Shown piece by piece: positions 38,408-50,540 of a stretch of DNA of 64,000 nt. Position 1 is the first letter of the stretch. Every line of letters starts with the position of its first letter. This DNA is from Leucoraja erinacea. Lineage: Eukaryota. The stretch spans positions 58,342,001 to 58,406,000 of the forward strand of contig NC_073382.1 in NCBI RefSeq assembly GCF_028641065.1, read 5' to 3'. Position numbers and translations under genes: made by a program. The notes under the pieces were generated by a model, which was not told the DNA's origin, searched no databases, and saw nothing but the letters and a program-made list of their open reading frames with translations.

Positions 38408-39040
38408 TTAAATGACCAAAGTCGCCTGGTTGCACATAATTACGAGCATTTTTTTTCAAATTATCTGGTGGTAAATTCAGACAGACATATGCTTCAGTTG
38501 TGAAAAACCTCTTTCTACTCCAGCTGAGGTCACTGGTGCATACCCGAACAAGCTACAGACTCTATATTCATGTCGATATCTTGTGCATTACAACTACATT
38601 TGAGAACTTTAGCTATGTTTTCTATTTCTTCAAGATCTTTGTTAGTTAAAATCACTCTCACATTTTCCTTGCATGTCTTTACCTACATCGCCAAGAACTT
38701 TACGAATATCGTCAGTTACTTTGTTGAAAACCTGCAAGTTATTCACTAATGTTTCGCCACATATCTCAAGGGAAGTGATAGCTTGTGGGAAGTTTGCAAA
38801 ATTGGAAGCAATAAACACAAGATTGCGGTGGAGGGACTTTTTCTGCATGATTTCACTGACGATAACATAGAAAACGTCATTGTAATCACGGTACAACTAG
38901 AGAAAATAGCACGACCTTTCAGCAAATCGGCAAAAAAAGGCTGATTTAGGCACTAGATCGTGAAAAATACATTATCCTGGTGGAATCATCTAAAAAGGCA
39001 TAAAAAGACACATGGCATTTATGGCAAACTCCTGGCTCTA
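38408..39040 (-). mobile_element. hAT transposase fossil (C-terminal dimerisation region) with one terminus
   Basis: Across frameshifts it reads LVFIASNFANFPQAITSLEICG...NKDLEEIENIAKVL...YAPVTSAGVERGFSQLKH...DNLKK-MLVIMCN*, with the stop at 38408-38410. The minus-strand terminus TAGAGCCAGGA is at 39040. Confidence 0.75.
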
Positions 39041-39164
39041 ATAATAACACGTGCAGAGAATCTGGTGTGAATTCCTGCCCTTGTCGCTGGTACACTGGGA
39101 ATTTCCAATGGTGTTCCCATGATATTCAGATGGTTAAATTGTTCTCATTTCGCGATCCCTTTGC

Positions 39165-39530
39165 CAGAGGTGGGCCTCGGTGCTCCAATTGTGGATGCTT
39201 GCGGACATAACATCACGGAGCCCGTAGTCTCTGGTCAGAGACCGACTTTAGGAACTCCAAGCCGCGGGAATTTCGATCGACCCGACGCGGGGCTTCGACC
39301 GCCCTGATGGATGATTCGACTGCCCCGACCGTGGGAGAATAAAGAGGAAGAAGATTGGACTTTTTTTGCCTTCCATCACAGTGAGAAATGTGGGCAATCC
39401 GCTGTGGTGGATGTTTATGTTAAATGTTATGTAGGTGTGTCTTGTTGCTTTTTTTCCCTTATGGCTGAATGGTAATTTGCATGTCACTGTACCTTAATTG
39501 GTACATGTGACAATAAGAAACCTCTGAACT
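39165..39530 (+). mobile_element. Non-autonomous GC-rich element with Rex1-type tail
   Basis: Shares ttcgacc.gccc and gccttccatcacagtgag.aatgtg with 60880-61430. Ends ggtacatgtgacaataa. Confidence 0.6.
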
Positions 39531-39923
39531 CTCTACCCATTAACAGTGCAAATACCTTTGTAAGAAGCATGCCAATGGTTCAAGTTTGGTTTAATAAGAT
39601 GAACAACTTATATGGAAGAAACTGCGAGCCACAGAATTCTGCAGTTCATGAAATTTAGAGGTCTGCTTAGATAACTGTAGCAATGGAGACAGCGAAAATA
39701 GGTATTTCACTAGCACTGAAGCTTGAAAGCAGATGGTGATGGAAGTGCAGCACAAAGGTTGCATACTCTGGTTTTTCAAGCTAGATGTTGTGGAAGGAGA
39801 ATGGCCAGAAGTATGGAATCATTTAGATTAAATTTGATGGATTCTATCAAATTTAAACTTTAAAATATTCAAGTTAACTCGCATCATGGCAGGCAAGCAG
39901 TCTATCAAAATGGTCAATAGCAT

Positions 39924-40205
39924 GTTAGTTTAGTTTCGTCTAGTTTAGAGATACAATTTGAAAACAGGCCCTTTGGCCCATTCTGACTGGCAATCCTCAT
40001 ACATAGCACTATCCTACACACTAGGGACAATTAATAATTTTTTACCAAAGCCTGTATGTGTGGAAGGAAACGGGAACACTCAGGGAAAACCCATGCAGTC
40101 GCAGGGAGAACGCACCACCTCCATACAGACAGCACCTGTAGTGAGGATCAAACCCGGGTCTCTGGCGCTGTAAGGCAGTAACTTTACCGCCGAGACATCA
40201 TGCCA
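39924..40205 (-). mobile_element. HE1-like V-SINE
   Basis: Reverse-complement head ccttacagcgccagagacccgggtttgatcc and tail tatctctaaactag. Confidence 0.82.
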
Positions 40206-40781
40206 CTAACTTGAGAAATTCTTGAGAAATAATCACAAACACACAACATATTCAATCCATAAGGATTCTACAAACGGGAGAAAGATCTGCAGGTAAATTC
40301 TAAAAGAAAAGAGACATTTGTACTGTCAGAATTCAAACACTCTTCAGTTTTTGTGGGAACACTCAGATGAAAGAGAATTATTTTTAAAGAATAATTATTA
40401 TATTTCCTCACTTCACCAAGCAACCAAATTCCTTAAATCTTTTGCATTAAAAAAAGATCAATCTAGACAGACAGGCAGGGGCCTTGCTATTTGGGACCAT
40501 ACAATCATGATCTTAAAATTTTAAAAAGATTCCCTACATCGTGGAAGATACTTTGCATTTATGAAATATGTCACTTCAAACAATTCTTTAAGTAGCTCAC
40601 ATGAAACTCCATCCTATTCATCCAAATAGCAAGATAACTATCTAAACCCGTAGGCAGTCATTCCAGTTTAAAACAAGATATCCTTAATCTTGCACACCAA
40701 TTAAATACTGCTTCTTTGAAAACAAAGAGAATTACATTCTATCACATAAAATAAGCATCTGGTGAAGGTGTCCCAAAATAC

Positions 40782-42040
40782 ATTGCCGACTGCTTTGGGG
40801 CCACCTCCTGCACCTACACACAACTGACTGACTTCATCCACTTCACCACCAACTTCCATCCGGCACTCCAATACACCTGGACCATTTCCGACACTTCCCT
40901 ACCATTCCTTGACCTCACCATCTCCATCGCAGGGAACAGACGTCTGACCGACATACACTACAAACCAACTGACTCACATGGCTATCTGGATTACACATCT
41001 TCCCACCCTGCCCCCTGTAAAGACTCCATCCCCTACTCCCAATTCCTCCGCCTACGCCGCATCTGTTCCCAGGATGAGACATTCCATACCAGGGCATCGG
41101 AAATGTCCTCGTTCTTCAGGGAACGGGGATTTCCCTCCGCCACCATAGATGAGGCTCGCACCAGGGTCTCATCCATACCCCGCAACACTGCTCTCTCTCC
41201 CCATCCCCGCACTCGCAACAAGGGCAGTCTTTCTCGCCTTTCACCCCACCAGCCGGCAAATACAACACATAATCCTCCTCCATTTCCGCCACCTCCAACG
41301 TGACCCCACCACTCGCCACATCTTCCCATCTCCCCCTATGTCTGCCTTCCGCAAAGACCGCTCCCTCCGCAACACCCTTGTCAATTCTTCCCTTCCCTCC
41401 CACCGCCTCCCCGGGCACCTTCCGTTGCAACCGCAAGAAATGCAACACCTGTCCCTTCACCTCCCCCCTCGACTCCATTCAAGGTCCCAAGCAGTCGTTC
41501 CAGATGCGACAAAGGTTCACCTGTATCTCCTCCAACCTCATCTGCTGCATCCGCTGCTCTAGATGTCAGCTGATTTACATCGGGGAGACTAAGCGGAGGT
41601 TGGGCGATCATTTCGCCGAACACCTCCACTCAGTCCGCAATAACCTACCTGAACTCCCGGTGGCTCAGCACTTCAACTCCCCCTCCCATTCTCAATCCAA
41701 CCTCTCTGTCCTGGGTCTCCTCCATTGCCAGAGTGAGCAACACCGGAAATTGGAGGAACAGCACCGCATATTCCGCCTGGGCAGCTTGCGTCCTGATGGC
41801 ATGAACGTTGAATTCTCCCAATTTTGCTAGCCCTTGCTGTCTCCTCCCCTTCCTTAACCCTCGAGCTGTCTCCTCCCATCCCCCCGCCCTCGGGCTCCTC
41901 CTCCTCCCTTTTTTCTTCCTTCTCCCCCCCCACACCCCCATCAGTCTGAAGAAGGGTTTTGGCCCGAAACGTCGCCTATTTCCTTCGCTCCATATATGCT
42001 GCTTCACCCGCTGAGTTTCTCCAGCAATTTTGTGTACCTA
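40782..42040 (+). mobile_element. Penelope-like retroelement, 5'-truncated (RT thumb, GIY-YIG, hammerhead), 9-bp TSD
   Basis: Encodes FHPALQYT..LPFLDL..YKPTDSHGYLDYTSSHP..SIPYSQFLRLRRICS, CNRKKCNTC and CSRCQLIYIGETKRRL. TSD CCAAAATAC at 40773-40781 and 42041-42049. Confidence 0.93.
41946..41973 (+). ncRNA. Putative minimal hammerhead ribozyme core
   Basis: CUGAAGA-A-GGGU[UUUG]GCCC-GAAAC-GUC, about 115 nt after the GIY-YIG stop. Confidence 0.6.
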
Positions 42041-42171
42041 CCAAAATACTAAGGCTGGGAGGGAAGAACCTGGAAGAAAAGTGCAAGGTTACAGACCTAA
42101 GCTTAGGTATGATTTAAAGATGACCAGACTCCATGGGTGTACCAAACTAACTTTTCTGTACATAGATTCTA

Positions 42172-42480
42172 GTTTTATTTTAGACAGAGCATGAAAACAT
42201 GCCATCAGCCTGTCGTGTCCACACCGACCAGCGATCGATCATCTGTTCACGCTAGTTCTATGTTATCCCACTTTCTCATCCACTCCCTACACATTTTTAC
42301 AGAGGCCAAATAACCTATAAACCCACACGTCTTCAGGGATGTGGGAAGAAACTGAAGCACCTGGAGGAAATCCAGGTGGTCAGAGAGAATGTGGTCACTC
42401 CACACTGACAGCACCTAAAGTCAGTATCAAACCCGGGTCTCTGGTGCTGTGAGGCAGCAGCTCTACCAGCTATGTGCCAC
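42172..42480 (-). mobile_element. HE1-like V-SINE
   Basis: Reverse-complement head gctggtagagctgctgcctcacagcaccagagacccgggtttgat followed by the V domain. Confidence 0.8.
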
Positions 42481-43719
42481 AGTTTCTCTCTGCTGCTCAA
42501 ATCACAAGGCAAAAATAAATTTAAATTAGATCACCTGATTGCAAAAATCAAAATTTAAAATACAGAATTAAGTTTTGGGGGAATAGGATAGGGAAATAGT
42601 AACAAATAGGATGAAAATGTAATCTTCCACTACGCAGCTGAGATCTATTAACCCAGCACAAACTAACCCAAACCTTACCACAGATCTTTCTTCTCCTGAA
42701 CGATATACAATGCATCATTTTTACCCACTTGGCAGATAAAATTTCAGAGATATAATGTGCAAACTGTGTATTACAATTTCAATTTCCAACAATTGCCACA
42801 CCAAGTGGCCCACATCTCATTTCCTGATGATGATGATGATTAAAGAGTCATTGAGAGCAGTTACAAATTTCCATAAAGAAAACAAACTACATTCCTCACT
42901 TTCTGTTTAAGTATTATTTTCCCCAGATGATGCAGCACTTCTACTTATCAACATATTGTTTATGCTGGGAGAAGCAACTTTTCAAATAATCATTTTGCTT
43001 GGATAAAGCATGATTCTTTGCAAATAAATATAGAGTAATAGTTCCAGATACAACAACCCTGTTCTTTTCACTTCAAAATGCACTTTCAGATATTTAAGAA
43101 ATTTCATACATATAAACCCACTCCACATATATTAAATAGACACTTAACTAGTTTGAAAATATATTTTAAAAGCAATTAAAATGATCACCCTTCTATCTCT
43201 TCCGGCTGCTGCAAGTATTTATTTAGGTTTGACAATAAGATCTAATTCCAGAAGGGATAGATCTACTTTGACATGCAATTTTTATGATTGCAGAAAAAAC
43301 AACTCCAAGCATACATTTTTATTACAAGTTTTTCAAATGGCAGGATTCTCCTCTGCATATCTAACTTCTCCTCCCCCGCCCCAATCCAGAGGGAATTCCA
43401 GAACATGAGTTTGCTGGAACAAAGCATTTTCTGGTGAGCACAGTTGAGAGTTTGCGCTGGTCCTTCATATTCAATTACTTGTGCAGGACTGATTGTGCAA
43501 GGGTGAGTGAGGCCAATGGGGATTCCAGGATGTCAGTAAATGCGTCATTTAACCAATGAGATACAGAGCAAGAATGGGGGGAAAAAATTGTATGACTTAA
43601 GTCTTACTAATTGCAAACAGAAAAAAAGTGCCATGGATAAAATATAACGCAGAATATGGATTTCACAACTTCAACTATTTGCTTTCTGAACTACATTTGT
43701 TGACTGTCTGTCACATGGT

Positions 43720-45357
43720 AGACACAAGGAACTACATATGCTGATTTACAAAACAAAAGAAAGTGTTGGAGTACCTCAGCCGGTCTTGCAGCATCTCTGG
43801 AAATCACGGATAGGCAACATTTTGGGTCAGTACCATTTTTCAGACCAATTGTAGGAGGGGTGAGAAAGCTGGAAGGGAGGTGGGGGCAGGACACAGCGTG
43901 ACAATTGATAACTATATTTTGGGCGAGGGTGGTATTCAATGGCAGATGGGTGGACAAAAGACAAAGATGGGAAGAAGGCAACAGGGTGAGAGATAGAAAA
44001 AGTGAGAAATGTGAAGTTGGAGGAAGGGATATAGGTCGAAGGGGAAAGGGGTGCTGTGGGCTAGTTACCTAAAAGGTTGGAGGCTTAGGTAACTAATTTT
44101 ACCTCTAATGTTCATGCTGTTGGGTTGTAGACCACCCAAACAGAATAAAATGCGCGGTTCCTCCAGTTTACGTGTGGCCTCAGTCTGCCTGTGTAGGAGG
44201 CCCAGGTCAGTTGGGTCGGTGTGGGAACAAGAGGAGGAGTTAAAATGGTTAGCAACCAGGAGATCCAGTAGGCCTTGGCGGACTGAGCACAAGTGTTCAT
44301 CTAAAAAGTTGTCTAGTCTATGCTTGGTTTCACCGATGTAAAGGATCCCACATAACAAGATGAATCGAATTTGGCTTAATAACAAGAGGAATCGAATATA
44401 GGAGCAAAGAGTCCCTCCTGCAGTTGTACAGAGCTCTAGTGAGACCACACCTGGAGTATTGTGTGCAGTTTTGGTCTCCTAATTTGAGGAAGGACATTCT
44501 TGCTATTGAGGGAGAGCAGCGTAGGTTTACAATGTTAATTCCCGGGATGGCGGGACTGTCATATGCTGACAGAATACGGCAGCTGGGCTTGTACACTCTA
44601 GAGTTTAGAAGGATGAGAGGGGATCTCATTGAAACATATAAGATTGTTAAGGGTGTGGACACGAGGCAGGAAACATGTTCCCGATGTTGGGGGAGTCCAG
44701 AACCAGGGGCCACAGTTTAAGAATGAGTAAGCCATTTAGAACGGAGACGAGGAAACACTTTTTCTCACAGAGAGTTGTGAGTCTGTGGAATTCTCTGCCT
44801 CAGAGGGCGGTGGAGGCAGGTTCTCTGGATGCTTTCAAGAGAGAGCTAGATAGGGCTCTTAAAAATAGTGGAGTCAGGGAATATGGGGAGAAGACAGGAA
44901 CGGGGTACTGATTGGGGATGATCAGCCATGATCAGATTGAATGGCGGTGCTGGCTCGAAGGGCCGAATGGCCTATCCCTGCACCTATTGTCTATTGCCTA
45001 TTGCCTATTATCGAGAGCATCGAATGAGGAAAAATGAGGCTAGAGGAGGTGCATATGTCTCACCTGGAAGGGCTGCTGGGGTCCCTGGATGAATGTGAGG
45101 AAGGTGGTCTAGGGACAGATGTTACATCTCCTACAGTTAAAGGCAAAATAACCTAAGGAGGGGGTTGTTACAGTGGGAAAGGATGAGTGAACCAAAGAGT
45201 TGCGTAGGGAATGAGCTCTGCAGAAGGCAGAAAGGGCTGGGCATGTGAAAATGTGACTGGTGGTGGGATCACAATGAAGGAACTGTCAGAAAATTGTGTG
45301 TTGGAAGCAGAGGCTGGGATGAAAGGTAAAGACTAGGGGAACTCTATCCTTGTTCTG

Positions 45358-45393
<36 letters not shown>

Positions 45394-45915
45394 AGAGCAG
45401 GACACAGGTCCCAGAGAAGACATGAGTGAGGAATGGAAAGGAAACAAAGGAAACAAAGGAAAAAGGAAACCATATTTACTAAACAAAGAGGGAATCTCTC
45501 ATGTCAGAGAATGGAAGGCCTCATCTTGCGAGCAAATGTGGCAGAGATGGGGAAATTGAGAGCGTTTGCAAGAGGCAGGGTGGGAGGAGGTGGCAGTGGG
45601 ACACGGTGGGTTTATATTTAATGTTAGTCAATAGTCTGTCTGCTGTGATGGAGACAGAGATCAAGAAAGGGGAGAGAGGTGTCAGAGACAGTCCAGGTGA
45701 ATTTGAAGGCAGAATGGAAGTTAGTGGCAATAGAGTTCTGCATGGGTGGAAGAGGTAGCCCCGATACAGTCGATGTAACGGAAAACAAATGATGCCAGTG
45801 TACATTTGGAACAAGGACTGTTTGACGTCAACAACAAAAAGGAATGCATGGCTGGGGTCAATTCTAGTTCCCATAGCTTCGTCGTTAACAAAGAAAGTGA
45901 AATAAGTCAAGAGCT
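43720..45915 (-). mobile_element. Older Penelope-like element (RT to 3' terminus) interrupted by CR1
   Basis: AMGTRIDPSHAFLFV..VKQSLF (RT motif B) at the high end, LYIGETKHRL...RKLEE..LGGLQPNSMN lower down. Terminal motif near 43720-43850. Confidence 0.85.
44354..45009 (+). mobile_element. CR1 3' fragment nested in the Penelope element
   Basis: YRALVRPHLEYCVQFWSP...FFSQRVV with a (ctattg)n tail. Confidence 0.9.
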
Positions 45916-45944
45916 AAGTTGCGGAGTGTGCGGCAGAGGGAGGC

Positions 45945-46650
45945 ACAGGTACCTTCCCCTGCAACCGCAGAAAATGCAACACCTGCCACTATACCTCCTC
46001 CATTGACTCTATGCAGGGACCCCGACAGTCCTTTCAGGTTAGGCAGAGGTTCACTTGTACCTCCTCCAACCTCATCTACTGTAACCGTTGTTCAAGATGT
46101 GGACTCTTATTCATCGGCGAGACCAAACGCAGACTGGGCGATCGTTTCGCGGAACACCTTCACTCAGCCCGCGTTAACCAACCTGATCTCCCGGTTGTTG
46201 GACACTTTAATTCTCCTTCCCATTCCTACACTGACCTTTCTGTCCTCGGTCTCCTCCATTGTCAGAGTGAGGCTAAACGCAAATTGGAGGATCAGCATCT
46301 CATATTTCGCTTGGGCAGCTTACAGCCCAATGGTATGAATATTGATTTCTCTCACTTCAGGTAGTCCCGACATTCCCTCTCTCTCTCTATCCCTCCCCCA
46401 CCAGTCGCACTAGCTTCTCATTTTCACCCTACAAACAGCTTACCTTTAAACAGCTCAATGGCCAGTTTCCTTTATCATGGCCACTTTTTGCATATCTTTC
46501 ATTCATTGTTCTTTATCTCTCCACATCACCGTCTATATCTCTTGTTTCACTTATCCCATAACCAGTCTGAAGAAGGGTCTCGGCCCAAAACATCACCCAT
46601 TCCTTCTCTCCAGAGATGCCGCTGAGTTACTCCAGCTTTTTGTGTCTGTC
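45945..46650 (+). mobile_element. Penelope-like GIY-YIG fragment plus terminus
   Basis: ORF 46011-46364 encodes CSRCGLLFIGETKRRLGDRF. A decayed hammerhead core is at 46567-46594. Confidence 0.88.
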
Positions 46651-46851
46651 TTGTGAGGTGATCAATTCACGTCGATTATGCTACTCTCCTCCACCTGGCA
46701 GAACTTGTCCCGACCCTCAACATCTCCTCTTTTGTTACTCCAGGTTAAAGGTGCAGCCAAATAACTCACATGAGCCCCAGCTATGCCTGTTCTTCGGAGA
46801 TGCTGCCTGACCCACCGAGTTATTCCAGCGCTTTGTATCTTTACTTGAAGA

Positions 46852-47478
46852 ATACAATAAGAGGATTTCAGTATAGGAGTAAAGAGGTTCTTCTGCAGTT
46901 GTATAGGGCTCTGGTGAGACCACATCTGGAGTATTGTGTACAGATTTGATCTCCTAATTTGAGGATGGACATCCTTGTGATTGAGGCAGTGCAGCGTAGG
47001 TTCACGAGATTGATCCCTGGGATGGCGGGACTGTCATATGAGGAAAGATTGAAAAGACTAGGCTTGTATTCACTAGAGTTTAGAAGTATGAGGGGGTATC
47101 TTATAGAAACATATAAAATTATAAAAGGACTGGACAAGTTAGATGCAGGAAAAATGTTCCCAATGTTGGGCGAGTCCAGAAACTGGGGCCACAGTCTTAG
47201 AATAAAGGGGAGGCCATTTATGACTGAGATGAGAAAAAACTTTTTCACCCAGAGAGTTGTGAATTTATGGAATTCCCTGCCACAGAGGGCAATGGAGGCC
47301 AAATCACTGGATAGATTTAAGAGAGAGTTAGAGCTCTAGGGGCTAGTGGAGTCAAGGGATATGGGGAGAAAGCAGGCATGGGTTATTGATAGGGGACGAT
47401 CAGCCATGGTCACAATGAATGGCGGTGCTGGCTCGAAGGGCCGAATGGCCTCCTACTGCACCTATTTTCTATGTTTCT
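46852..47478 (+). mobile_element. CR1 3' fragment
   Basis: ORF 46959-47339 encodes QRRFTRLIPG..YEERL. Tail tttctatgtttcta. Confidence 0.9.
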
Positions 47479-48307
47479 AATTTGTCTTTGTTATTTGCAT
47501 CTACATCACAATTCCAGCAATTTGATGAAATTCAGATGATGCCGAGCAGGAGGTACTGTGTACCCCTGGCGAACAACCCTGTGCACACTGTCCAACAATC
47601 TGTGATGCTTTGCAATTTAAGGCACCCTCTTCCTTGTGCAAAATGTCTCGATATTTTTCTGATGTAAATAGCAGGACAAGCATTTATCCCACCATTACGA
47701 ATTCTATCCCCATAAAGCAGCAGCACATTGTTCACTTTAAATTGATTATGTATCCCTGAAATCGCTCCACGAGCAACATTTGCCATTTGGGCAGCCAGCT
47801 TTACTCCACCCTCTGGCACTATTCCATTATAAACTTCTGTCCGGTCTTTCAAAATCCTTAAGACTCTCATCTGTTCCCACACTTTTACCTCTTTCTGATC
47901 ACCACCCATCATTTTCCAATAATACATTACAAGTCTGACAAGTAGCAGCAGGAATTACAATGAGGCTGCATTGTATTAAGTGTTACATTCATGATATAAG
48001 CTTTCAGGTGATGCAAAAAGGGTAAAACATACATCATTTGTTGCACCCCACCTCCAACAAACTTCCCATGGAAATGAAGCTAATCTTCGGAACTATGGGA
48101 AGCTGTTCACTCTGCAGAATGAAGGTCTCCAGAATGGTGTCTACACTCCAGAGTGAAGGCCAACAGACCACTTGTTGAACCAAAATTATGCACTGGCAAA
48201 TAACTCGCCTCCCAGCTCACTTAAGACTCCACTGTCTACAAGCAATGTGATGGAAAACAATACCCTTGCATGCACACAAAGCAGCTCAATACCACTCAAT
48301 ACTCAAT

Positions 48308-48762
48308 CAGGACAAGAAGGCTCTGCAGAGAGTAGTGTGTTCGGCCGAACGTACTATGGGAACTTCACTTGCCCCCCTGCAGGAACTATACATCAGGAGG
48401 TGCAACTCCAGAGCCAACAATATCATGAGAGACCCCTTCCACCCCTGCAACGGACTGTTCCAGCTGCTACGGTCAGGCAAACGCCTCCGTTGCCATACGG
48501 TGAGAACGGAGAAGTTGAGAAGGAGTTTCTTCCCATAGGCCATTTGGACTGTAAACGCCTATCTCACCAGGGACTAACTCTACTGAACGTTTTTCCTTCC
48601 ATTATTTATTATGTAAAAGAATATGTGTGTTATGATTGTGTTTATAGTTTGTTTGGTTGTTTGGTTGTTTGTCTTTTGCACAAAAGTCCGCGAGAATTGG
48701 CACTTTCATTTCACTGCACATCTCGTATGTGTATGTGACAAATAAACTTGACTTGACTTGAC
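48308..48762 (+). mobile_element. Rex1/Babar 3' fragment
   Basis: KALQRVVCSAER..IMRDPFHP..LLRSGKRLR..SFFP. Tail gtgacaaataaa(cttga)n. Confidence 0.88.
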
Positions 48763-49689
48763 TACCAAGGAAGACAAAGCAGTCCACTTGATTGCAAACT
48801 GATCCACTATTAAATATTAATTCTTTCCAACAACAGCGCAGCATGGTTTCAGAATTCACAATGCATTGCTACAACATACCATGGTCTTTACAAAGGCAAC
48901 TCCCAAAACCACAACTTCAATCATTTTGGGAAAAAAAAGTCTAACAGTTGCAATTAAGTCTGCAATTTGCCCTCCAGGCTACCAACTAACCGTGAAAATA
49001 TATCTGCTTTCTTCATTGTTGTTGGGTTAAAATCCTGGAGTTACCTAACATCACCAGAAACGTGGCCACATGCCCAAGGATGTGAGATTTGAATTAACAG
49101 CTCATAACTATCCTTTAAAACCACAGTGAAAGTTCGTGGGACACCAGTTTCTTCCACAACCCAAACTAAAGAAGGAAATCTACTGTATTAACATTAATGG
49201 TCCCAATACCCACACACTGGGCAAACCAGATACTAAACAGAATGATATGCTAGAGATGGAGCATCATCACAACCCTTGTAGTCTAGTGCAAATGCAGCCA
49301 CCACCAAACAATAAACGCAATTAAATATATAGACATCAGCCCTTAACAATAATATTAGATTTTTATGCAACAAATCCCCGACAGAGACCAAAATTCAAAT
49401 GTCTTTTTTGTTATTTCAGGAAATAATATCTCTCAAATGGTCAAAAAACTGCTTAAGCATTTGCAATAAAATGACACCACCTAGGGCTGCATAATTTGAT
49501 CCAGTGCCGATAAACGTCACGAACTGCAGTCTTTTGCATATTTGTGCACATCACCTGGGAGTTGTCTGCAAACCACAAACTACTCTGTGGTATGTGCCAC
49601 CATTGCTGAAACAAAGAAATGATCTTCAAGCAGCACCAGCTGCTGAAAGTATCGAGGCAGCTCTTGGCGTGGGAGTGCTGGGATGTACA

Positions 49690-50155
49690 CAGAAGAATGC
49701 ATCCAACACCACAAGAAACTGCGGAGAGTTGTGGATTCAGCGAGACCATCACGCAAACCAGCTTCCTTTCCATTAACTCCATCTACATTTCACGTTGCCT
49801 CGGCGGGGCTACCAGCATAATCAAGGATCAGTCTCACGCTGGTCAAGCAAGAGATACAGAAGTTTGAAAACGCACCCCTCCGATTCAGGGACTATTTCTT
49901 CCCAGCTGTTATCAGGCAAATGAATGGTCCTCTCACCAGCTCGAGTGTGGTACTAATCTCCCATCTACCTCATTGGAGACCTTTGAACTATCTTGAATGA
50001 GACAATCTCGCACTAAATGCTGTACCCTATATCTTTTAGCTGTGCACTGTGGATGGCTTGAGTGTTACCATGTATAGTCTTTTCTCTAAATGGATAGCAC
50101 GCATACAAAGGCTTTTCACTGTACCTAGTTAAATGTGACAATAACTGAACTAAAC
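49690..50155 (+). mobile_element. Rex1/Babar 3' fragment
   Basis: SIYISRCLGGATSIIKDQSHAG. Tail gtgacaataactgaactaaac. Confidence 0.75.
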
Positions 50156-50406
50156 CTCCATTCCCCACTGGACATCACAATAGCAGAGGTGAACATCCAA
50201 AGAATCAATAAGCTCACAGAAGTAGCCCAAGCCAAATCCATCAGTAACAGAATCCTGCACAATGATTCATGTATAATACGTTAAAATCAAACACCTGTGG
50301 GCCTGCTTTTTTACTTATGGAAAACACTTTCTACATTGAAACATGTGGCCAAATGTGGCAATAACACAATTAAATATGCATCACAACCTGTGCTCCTTGT
50401 GTCCTT

Positions 50407-50540
50407 TGTTTAAGAAGGAACTGCAGATGCTGGAAAATCGAAGGTCTGAAGAAGGGTTTCGATCTGAAACGTTGCCTATTTCTTTTGCTCCATAGATGCT
50501 GCTGCACCCGCTGAGTTTCTCCAGCATATTTGTGTACCTC
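50407..50540. mobile_element. Mini Penelope fold-back element: inverted terminus joined directly to the hammerhead core
   Basis: The antisense terminus (tttaagaaggaactgcagatgctggaaaatcgaagg) switches to the sense strand right at CTGAAGA (50446). Confidence 0.8.

Noticed and set aside
47532-47927. 131-aa minus-strand ORF
   Set aside because: No recognisable domain or kinase similarity.
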